This document shows, piece by piece, positions 1-6,902 of a stretch of 11,884 nucleotides of DNA (its first letter is position 1; every line of letters begins with the position of its first letter). The stretch is from Armatimonadota bacterium (GTDB lineage Bacteria > Armatimonadota > Armatimonadia > Armatimonadales > Armatimonadaceae). The stretch covers positions 1-11,884 of the forward strand of contig JAYUUO010000144.1 of NCBI GenBank assembly GCA_043754515.1, written 5' to 3'. Position numbers and translations under genes: made by a program. The notes below the pieces were generated by a model. The model was not told the DNA's origin. It ran no database searches and was given only the letters and a program-made list of their open reading frames with translations.

Positions 1-2441
1 CGCTCGCGCGACCCCGCTTCGGCGTACACGCGCACCACCGGCTCCGTGCCCGAGGAGCGCAGGAGCAGCCAGGAGGCGTCGGAGAAAGTGAGAAGCGTGC
101 CGTCTTTACGCGTGACGGACTGGAGTGTCTCGCCCGCGAACTCGGCGGGTTTCAAACCCTGCAAATGCGCGATGATGCGTGGCATCTTCTCCGGCGACGG
201 GTGCAAATCGCTCCGCGTGTAGGCGTGGAAGCCGACCTCGGCGTGCAGATCGTCCACCAGTCCGGCGAGCGATTTGCCCGCGAACGCCATCGCTTCGAGT
301 AGCAGAAGCCCCGCAAACACGCCGTCCCGCTCCGGCAGATGGTTCTTGAACCCGATCCCGCCGCCCTCCTCGCCGCCGATCAGGATGTCCTCGGATAGCA
401 TGATTTCGCTGATCCTCGCGAACCCGACCGGCGTTTCCGTGATCGGCAGCCCGTGCTTCGCGCAGAGCTTGTCAAGCATCCGGGTAGTGGACACGGTGCG
501 CGCCACGCCGCCCGTCCACCCCCGGCCGTTGATCAGGTGCCGCAGGAGCACGGCGATGACGCGCTGGCTGTCCACGAAAACGCCGTTCGCGTCGCACGCG
601 CCCAAGCGATCCCCGTCCCCGTCCAGCGCGATCCCGACCGAGGCACCGCCCGCGCGAACCGCCTCGAAGAGCGGCGACAGGTTCCGCTCTACCGGCTCCG
701 GTTGCACCCCGCCGAACCACGGGTTACGTTCGGCGCGGATCTCGGACACGTCTACGCCCGTGCCGCTTAATATTCCGGACAGGTAGCCCGCGCCCGAGCC
801 GTGCATCGGGTCAATGACCACCTTCAGACTGGCGGCTTTGATACGCTTCAAGTCCACGAACCGGGCGCAGTGAGCGAGGTAAGGCGCGGCGATCCGCTCG
901 GTGACGGGCGTGACACGCGCTGTTTTAGGAGCGGCTCCGGAGCGTAGCAACTGGCGCAGATGCCCCTCAATCTGTCCCAGCATCTCGCTTGTCGCCGGGC
1001 CGCCGAAGTGCGCCTTGATCTTCAGCCCGTTGAACTGCGGCGGGTTATGCGACCCGGTGATCATGATGCCAGCCGCCGCGCCATAGTAGCGGCACGCGAA
1101 CGATACCATGGGCGACACGCACGCCGCGTCACAAAGGCGGATCGGCACGCCGTTCGCCGTGGCCACCTGCGCGACCGCCTCGGCGAAAAACTCGGACTGC
1201 GCGCGGCAATCGTACCCGATCACCAGGCCGCTACCGGACACAGCGCCGGACGCCACCCAGTCGCAGACCGCCTGTGTCACGAGGCGGACGCTGTCCACCG
1301 TGAAGTCATCGGCGATGATCCCGCGCCAGCCGTCGGTGCCGAACTTGATTGCGGCCCGCTGAATATCGCCGCGCGTGGGGAGGCGTGCCACCACCGACGC
1401 GATCACGGCGTCCGCGCCGATTACGGAGCCGGGTTGCACCGACGCACCACCACGCACCACGCAGTTGTCGCCTAGAATACAGCCGCGCACCACCGCGCCT
1501 GCCTCAATCGTGGTGCCGCGCCACAGTATCGAGTCCTCAATCACCGCGCCCTCGTCAATGCGGCAACGGGACCCGATGGCACACACGCCCGAAACGCGGA
1601 CATCCTTGCCGATCTCGCAGTGATGGTTCACGAAGATACGTCCCGATAGCAACGCGGTCGGATGGATGGTCGTGTTCTCGCCGACCCAGACCCCCTGCCG
1701 CACCTCGTTCCCGCCGATAATCGCCTCCACCACGCCACCCAGAATATCGGCCTGCGCCTGCTGGTAGTCGGGGAGCGTCGCGATAGACCGCCAGTAGCGG
1801 CCGTTGTTGCCGACTCCGTACATGGGGACGCCTTCCGCGAGCAGTTGAGGGAACAGTTGCCGCTCGAACGAGACTTCGCGGTCGGGCGGCATCCGGCGGA
1901 GCAGATCGCGGCGGATCACGTACACGCCCGCGTTCACGAAGCCTGACTGCGTTTCCTCTACCGCCGGTTTCTCGCGGAACGCGGTGATGCGGTTGTCGCC
2001 GTCGAACGACACGACGCCGAAGCGCGACGGGTTCTCGACCTGCGCCAGGAGCATGGTGACGCCCGCCTCGCGCTCCGCGTGCCATTCCAGAAGCCGCGTC
2101 AGGTCGGCGTCGGTCAGGTTGTGTCCGTTCAGGATCAGCACCGACTCCTCAATCAGGCGCGGCAACACCGAGCGCACCGCCCCCGCCGTGCCGAGCGGCG
2201 CGAGTTCGCGGTGGTAGCGGATCGTCATCCCCAACGCGTCGCCCTCGCCGAAGCGCGATTCGAACACCTCGGGCATCACCTGCAAGCAGAGAATGGCCTC
2301 GGTAATGCCGTGTTTTCTCAGCAGTTCGAGCTGGTACTGCACCAGCGGCTTGCCGACGAGCGGGAGCATCGCGCGTGGCTGACGCGCGGTTAACGGGTAG
2401 AGGGGCGCGCCACGCTCCCCGGCGAGTATAACGGCTTGCAT
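1..2441 (-). CDS. Fusion of a sugar-phosphate nucleotidyltransferase-like domain (M1P-guanylyltransferase family, degenerate), a hexapeptide beta-helix and a phosphomannomutase/phosphoglucomutase; 3' end outside the window (>813 aa)
   Basis: Manual translation from ATG at 2441: MQAVILAGERGAPLYPLTARQPRAMLPLVGKPL...PLGTAGAV...FREKP...VNAGVY, then hexapeptide repeats (~1740-1390). It continues in the same frame without a stop into IKFGTDGWRGIIADDFT, IGYDCR, ITGSHNP, DPMHG, DGDGDR, GGEEGGG and RSSGTEPVVRVYAE. Frame checked at the domain junction (~1350) and at position 3. Confidence 0.93.
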   Translation of the reverse strand, partial: MQAVILAGERGAPLYPLTARQPRAMLPLVGKPLVQYQLELLRKHGITEAILCLQVMPEVFESRFGEGDALGMTIRYHRELAPLGTAGAVRSVLPRLIEESVLILNGHNLTDADLTRLLEWHAEREAGVTMLLAQVENPSRFGVVSFDGDNRITAFREKPAVEETQSGFVNAGVYVIRRDLLRRMPPDREVSFERQLFPQLLAEGVPMYGVGNNGRYWRSIATLPDYQQAQADILGGVVEAIIGGNEVRQGVWVGENTTIHPTALLSGRIFVNHHCEIGKDVRVSGVCAIGSRCRIDEGAVIEDSILWRGTTIEAGAVVRGCILGDNCVVRGGASVQPGSVIGADAVIASVVARLPTRGDIQRAAIKFGTDGWRGIIADDFTVDSVRLVTQAVCDWVASGAVSGSGLVIGYDCRAQSEFFAEAVAQVATANGVPIRLCDAACVSPMVSFACRYYGAAAGIMITGSHNPPQFNGLKIKAHFGGPATSEMLGQIEGHLRQLLRSGAAPKTARVTPVTERIAAPYLAHCARFVDLKRIKAASLKVVIDPMHGSGAGYLSGILSGTGVDVSEIRAERNPWFGGVQPEPVERNLSPLFEAVRAGGASVGIALDGDGDRLGACDANGVFVDSQRVIAVLLRHLINGRGWTGGVARTVSTTRMLDKLCAKHGLPITETPVGFARISEIMLSEDILIGGEEGGGIGFKNHLPERDGVFAGLLLLEAMAFAGKSLAGLVDDLHAEVGFHAYTRSDLHPSPEKMPRIIAHLQGLKPAEFAGETLQSVTRKDGTLLTFSDASWLLLRSSGTEPVVRVYAEAGSRE

Positions 2442-2450
2442 GATGCGTCT

Positions 2451-2481
2451 ATTCTACCCGCCCAGACGCCGGATCTGTCAA
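2451..2481 (-). promoter_or_regulatory. Putative sigma70-type promoter for the fusion gene (near-leaderless transcript)
   Basis: Minus-strand TTGACA (2481-2476), 19 bp spacer, TAGAAT (2456-2451). Only 9 nt separate the -10 box from the ATG, and there is no Shine-Dalgarno. Confidence 0.5.
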
Positions 2482-2482
2482 G

Positions 2483-2511
2483 TTGCACCCCGGCACGATT
2501 ACTGCTATAAC
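2483..2511 (+). promoter_or_regulatory. Putative sigma70-type promoter for the GH20 gene
   Basis: TTGCAC (2483-2488), 17 bp spacer, TATAAC (2506-2511) with an extended TGn. It lies back-to-back with the divergent -35. Confidence 0.55.
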
Positions 2512-2541
2512 ACCATGCAGTACAAGGATTGGTATAGACTA

Positions 2542-4077
2542 ATGTTCCGTTACACCGCCCCGCTTTCTCTCGCCGCCGCTCTCGCCGTCGTTACAGTGCA
2601 CGCCGCGCCCCCGCTCTTGATCCCGCGCCCGAAGCAGATCACTGCCACGGAGGGGGTACCTTTCGCGCTTCCGGCGGTGCCGCGCATTGTGATCGCCCTG
2701 GACGCGACGACAGCCGAAAAACGCGCCGCCGAACTGTTGAAAAAAGAAATGAGCCTTTATTACGGACGGAAAGCAACCACGGTGACGGTGCCGCGTGCGC
2801 AACTTTCTTCGCAAACGCACGCCATCGTGATCGGCGACCGCGCCGCCGCGCCGCCTCCCGCTCGCCCAGAAGGGTACGGAGTAAACGCGACGCGCATGCG
2901 CGTCGCGTTCGCGGGCCGTGACGACGCGGGAACATACTGGGCGGCGCAGACCGTGGCGCAACTCCTGCAACAGGGCGCGGGCGGCGAGCCCGTCATCCGC
3001 GCGGCGAAGATCACGGACTGGCCTTCGATGCGGCTACGCGGCGTCCACCTGTTCCACGGGCAGAACGCGCTCCCGTTCCAGGAGAAACTGATCGAGCGGG
3101 TATTGTCGCGCTACAAGATGAACTCCTTATTTCTGGAGGTCGAGCAGGTACGCTGGGATCACGACCCGTCCGTCGCGCCGAGCTGGGCGGGCACCAAAGC
3201 CGACCTCAAAAAAGAGATCGCGTTCGCGAAGGCGCGCTACGTCACGCCGTACCCGCTCGTGCAGGGCTACGGGCACATGGAGTGGATGTTCAACAAGCCG
3301 CAAAACAAGAAGTACGCAGAGGACCCCGATAAGCCGTACGCGGTCAACTTTACCGACCCGGAGGCAGTTAAGTATGTGGAAGGGTTCATCACCGAGGCGG
3401 ACGATCTGTTTCAGGCACCGGCGTTCCATGTCGGTATGGACGAGGTAACGATGCGCGGGCGGTTCCCGTACCGGTCAAAAAACAAGACGTTCCCGCAGTT
3501 GTACGGCGGCGCGGTGCGGCACTACCAGGATCTGTTCAAGAAGCGCGGCAAGCCGATCTTTATCTGGGCGGACATGGGGCTGTTCCCGGCGGACGTGACG
3601 CCCGATTTCGGCACGGCGCGGACGTCTGCGGAGGCGAAGGCGGTGCGCGACGGCCTGCCGCGCGACGTGATCCTGGCGAACTGGCAGTACGGCGAGCGCG
3701 ACGTCTACCCGTCCATGGATCTGTACAAGAAGGAAGGGTTCAAGAACCTGGTCGCGACCACGTGGAACCGCCCCGGCAACATCTCGGGGTTCAGCAAGAA
3801 GATCGCGCAAATCGGCGGCATGGGCGCGATTCAGAGCACGTGGGCGGGCTACGAGTCGAGCGAGTCGCAACTGGCGGACCCGAAGATGCGCCCGCAGTTC
3901 ACGGCGTTCATCCTCGCCGCCGAGTACTTCTGGAACGGCGGCACCGGCCCCGCGCCCGCGAAACTGCCGTACAACTGGGACGCCGTGTTTGCCCGATCGT
4001 ACGCAGGCGCGTCGGCGTCGGACGGCGTCGCGTATCACGCCGCGAAAGGCCGCGCGGTGGTCGCGCGGCGCAAGTAG
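2542..4077 (+). CDS. Secreted glycoside hydrolase family 20 (beta-N-acetylhexosaminidase-like)
   Basis: Signal peptide MFRYTAPLSLAAALAVVTVHA. GH20 domain-2 motifs LLIPRPKQ, PEGY, DDAGTYWAAQT and ITDWP..RGVHL, plus the catalytic HVGMDEV motif. Start placed at ATG 2542 (AAGGA at 2524-2528) rather than 2440, which overlaps the divergent gene. Confidence 0.9.
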   Translation: MFRYTAPLSLAAALAVVTVHAAPPLLIPRPKQITATEGVPFALPAVPRIVIALDATTAEKRAAELLKKEMSLYYGRKATTVTVPRAQLSSQTHAIVIGDRAAAPPPARPEGYGVNATRMRVAFAGRDDAGTYWAAQTVAQLLQQGAGGEPVIRAAKITDWPSMRLRGVHLFHGQNALPFQEKLIERVLSRYKMNSLFLEVEQVRWDHDPSVAPSWAGTKADLKKEIAFAKARYVTPYPLVQGYGHMEWMFNKPQNKKYAEDPDKPYAVNFTDPEAVKYVEGFITEADDLFQAPAFHVGMDEVTMRGRFPYRSKNKTFPQLYGGAVRHYQDLFKKRGKPIFIWADMGLFPADVTPDFGTARTSAEAKAVRDGLPRDVILANWQYGERDVYPSMDLYKKEGFKNLVATTWNRPGNISGFSKKIAQIGGMGAIQSTWAGYESSESQLADPKMRPQFTAFILAAEYFWNGGTGPAPAKLPYNWDAVFARSYAGASASDGVAYHAAKGRAVVARRK

Positions 4078-4122
4078 GGGGGAGAGCGGGGAACGTTGTT
4101 CCTCCGGTTTGCACACCTGCCC

Positions 4123-4182
4123 AATCTAAGAATGGGTGGAAAACGCGGCAGAAGCCGCCCCGATTTTGGCGTCATTTTATGC
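4123..4182 (+). repeat. Degenerate direct-repeat copy A of the lysA upstream region (partner at 11718-11783)
   Basis: Collinear shared blocks aatctaagaa / g.gtg / aaacgcggc / cgcc.cgatttt / gcg / tcatt.ta, found by manual gapped alignment. Confidence 0.6.
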
Positions 4183-4245
4183 AAGCCATGAAGGTTAATT
4201 ATACAAGTTGTTGATGAGTTCTTCGTACAAGCTGGCCAGCTAAAT

Positions 4246-5844
4246 CTAAGATGAAACTATGTTTCGTGTCCAGGAAGCCGTCCTAGCGACAAGCCTTGCT
4301 GCCTCTTCAGGTATTGTTATTTTATTTCCCGATAATGTGTAGGTAAGCCCACCTAGTTGAATAAGAGCCTGATCGAATACTAACAAAGCATATGTTGATT
4401 GTGTGCAGTATCGTCTTGCTTCATTGCGAATGGCGGTGACAAGTGCCACAGTATTTATTGCAAGGAAATCTGCACTTGTGAGTAGATCAGGGATGGGCAT
4501 GGTCGTCTCATACAAAGTGACGCAACGGTCAACAAGGCTTTCGTTTAAACTATCGCTTTTCCCTGTCGGTGATGTCTGGTGGAGAATCGCAGTCACTTCC
4601 AAGGCAGCGAGATCCTGTGCAGCTGGTTTCCGCCCCATACCTGCTGCGTCGAAAATATAGCCGTTAACTTGCTCGCCTCCCTCATCTATAGCGATATTAG
4701 TTATGTTCAAGTCGCCGTGGGTACAATTGCGAAACTTAACCCACTCTCTACGTTGGTCGTTCAATAGCTCATCAAAAAGCTTGAGAGGAGAGTTACATGG
4801 CTCCAAATCAATATTTCCACCGAACCGTTTCCATGCAGCTTCAAGACGATTACGGTCATGATCCTTCCAAACTAACTCGGCGTAAGAGATTTCGTCTGGT
4901 ATCACTCGACCTAAATCGTCAAGTTGATTAACTATAGCTTGGACAATACCGGGGATTGTCTCGAGTACTTTTGGATCACTCCGTTGTAAATATGATGCTA
5001 AAGAGGTGGGGCGTGCATCGCCTGCGCCAACCTTTTCTGTAACTAGAAGTGCCTTTCGCGGAGTTATCGCATGATGAACGACTTTTATATGTGGCAACTT
5101 ACTCGATAGCGTAAGGCAATCTTTGTGAGTGTAGTCAGCACCATCAGCACCAGTAAACTTAAAGAATAGAGGGCGTGAACAACCACGTCCATCATCTAAG
5201 CAAAACTTGCCTTGCAACACTTTTGTCCAAGACTGGGTGCCTTCACCACTTTTATTGCTTGTAGCACTCCACCAAGAAAAAAGTAATCCTAGACATTGTG
5301 ATTGTCCCAATACGCAACGACGCAGCATATCATCCTCTCGTGGGGAAAGTGGAGGGTAAGTGGCCTCGCTTTCTTGGGAGAATAAATGGATACCAACATC
5401 TGTGTAGCGTTGACATTGCTTGATGGCTTCTTCAATCGCTTCGTCTTCGTCCACGCTCTTGTTCACAGCACGTCCATACCAAAAATTTTCTCGCAATTGA
5501 TCTTGGAGAATATAGCGCGTTTCTGCCAATTGTCCGCTAACAACCAGTAAGGCTGGTACTGGGAAATTTTCCCTTTCTGCGGCTTGTTTTATCAATGCCA
5601 ACCCAGCTTGAGTTCCAGGTTCAGGATCTTCCCCTGCGGTCAGAGGTAATTGAAGGTCCACGATCACTAGATGAAAAGGTTCCCGTGACGCCAGACATTC
5701 CTGAGCATCATTATACGAAGGCACGAGACAAGGCGGAGCCACGTCGTAGTTCGCACTTAAATGATTGAACAAGTTCTGGTAGTTTTTGCGGGCAATCGAT
5801 GCATCGTCTATGATTAAAGTATGAATTCGGCGTGGATAACTCAT
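4246..5844 (-). CDS. Response-regulator receiver domain fused to an APH/choline-kinase-like (TCAD9-like) phosphotransferase domain
   Basis: Receiver motifs: LIIDD, VIVDLQLP (phosphoacceptor Asp), LVVSG and VNK. Kinase-fold motifs: LFFKF (beta3 Lys), LLVTEK, HGDLNITNI (catalytic loop), YIFDA (metal-binding Asp) and DLAALE. The start overlaps the upstream stop (ATGA). Confidence 0.85.
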   Translation of the reverse strand: MSYPRRIHTLIIDDASIARKNYQNLFNHLSANYDVAPPCLVPSYNDAQECLASREPFHLVIVDLQLPLTAGEDPEPGTQAGLALIKQAAERENFPVPALLVVSGQLAETRYILQDQLRENFWYGRAVNKSVDEDEAIEEAIKQCQRYTDVGIHLFSQESEATYPPLSPREDDMLRRCVLGQSQCLGLLFSWWSATSNKSGEGTQSWTKVLQGKFCLDDGRGCSRPLFFKFTGADGADYTHKDCLTLSSKLPHIKVVHHAITPRKALLVTEKVGAGDARPTSLASYLQRSDPKVLETIPGIVQAIVNQLDDLGRVIPDEISYAELVWKDHDRNRLEAAWKRFGGNIDLEPCNSPLKLFDELLNDQRREWVKFRNCTHGDLNITNIAIDEGGEQVNGYIFDAAGMGRKPAAQDLAALEVTAILHQTSPTGKSDSLNESLVDRCVTLYETTMPIPDLLTSADFLAINTVALVTAIRNEARRYCTQSTYALLVFDQALIQLGGLTYTLSGNKITIPEEAARLVARTASWTRNIVSS

Positions 5845-6902
5845 GATACCTCCAGAGGGAAAATCATTCGTACTCGAAACTCACCAACTGCTGTGGATAC
5901 TAAATCTATCGTTCCGTTTAGACGGTTCACTGCTTCCGATATTTCTAGAAGTCCTCGACCACGCCCCATGCCTTTTGTAGAGAATGGGTCACGGAATGCT
6001 TTCTCCGCAGCGAGCCTATCAAAGCCAGGACCGCTATCGCTGATTCGCAGCGTCATTTTATTGTTTGATACTTCCATATGGACAGTGATAATGCAAGGAG
6101 TAGTCACCGCTTGACGAGCGTTGTTCCATATATTCTTAAATACTGCGTTCAGTAGGTGATCACTAGCACGAATAGAAACTGACTCTATTCCAAGGGAGGC
6201 ATGAATACGTAGCTCAGCTGGAACAGAAGTTGTTTCCGCATAACGGGTGGCGCAATTTCTGAGCCAATCATGTAGACAAACAAGACGCATAGTGAAGTAC
6301 TCATCTCCCGTCTCAAATTCGACTAGTCGTCCCACGTTCTTCAAACCAGTTTGAGCAGCATGTATCTGATCATTTAAATTGACATGCAACGGATTAGACT
6401 CGGGAAGGTGCTTGGCGATACTACGTAGCTCGCGTAGGGGAATTTGCATTTCAATCAAAGCATTTCGTACTTCATGTCGTAGCTGCCCCGCAACATACCG
6501 ATATGCTCGTAACAGGTTCTCAGAACTGTAATTATCTTGTCCCTGTCCTTGATCTTGAGATAGAGTTGGCGGAATATCTCGTATTGCTTCTTCAATAGCA
6601 CGACGTGCAAATGTGTCTGTTTCAATCTCTAACCACTGCCTCAAGTGCTCTGCAATACGAACTTTTTGTGAATGAGTACGAACCGCATTTGCGATTACAT
6701 GACGAAGGCGGCCTTCACCCGGGGCAGCTGATTGCAGAAGTATATATTGAACCTGCTGTTCTTCAGTTTCAAGGATACGTGTGAAGGTGAGACGTGCTTC
6801 CCGTGCATCTTCCGTGGCGAGGGTGCGTAGGCGCAGATATATATCGTGTGCCTCATAGGTCGCTTTATCACGTCGCTGGATGTCTTCCTCAGTCACGAGC
6901 AT
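5841..6902 (-). CDS. Soluble histidine kinase with a helical (possibly HEAT-like) N-terminal domain
   Basis: H-box LRHEVRNAL, N-box FKNIWNNARQA, G1 ISDSGPG, F-box PFSTK and G2 GMGRGRGL. No hydrophobic transmembrane segment. Overlaps the upstream gene by 14 nt. Confidence 0.9.
   Translation of the reverse strand: MLVTEEDIQRRDKATYEAHDIYLRLRTLATEDAREARLTFTRILETEEQQVQYILLQSAAPGEGRLRHVIANAVRTHSQKVRIAEHLRQWLEIETDTFARRAIEEAIRDIPPTLSQDQGQGQDNYSSENLLRAYRYVAGQLRHEVRNALIEMQIPLRELRSIAKHLPESNPLHVNLNDQIHAAQTGLKNVGRLVEFETGDEYFTMRLVCLHDWLRNCATRYAETTSVPAELRIHASLGIESVSIRASDHLLNAVFKNIWNNARQAVTTPCIITVHMEVSNNKMTLRISDSGPGFDRLAAEKAFRDPFSTKGMGRGRGLLEISEAVNRLNGTIDLVSTAVGEFRVRMIFPLEVS

Noticed and set aside
274..2393. 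Many plus-strand and off-frame ORFs in the track
   Set aside because: They are shadows of the real minus-strand fusion gene in GC-rich DNA and have no recognisable motifs.
2440..2541. N-terminal extension of the GH20 ORF
   Set aside because: It overlaps the divergent start and both promoters; the signal peptide and RBS support ATG 2542.
4091..4101. LexA/SOS box (also 11742-11752)
   Set aside because: The spacing is GAAC-N3-GTTC, not the GAAC-N4-GTTC of Gram-positive-type boxes.
4246..5844. Aminoglycoside resistance gene
   Set aside because: Only the fold-level HGD motif is shared; the receiver fusion and operon context argue for a signalling or effector role.
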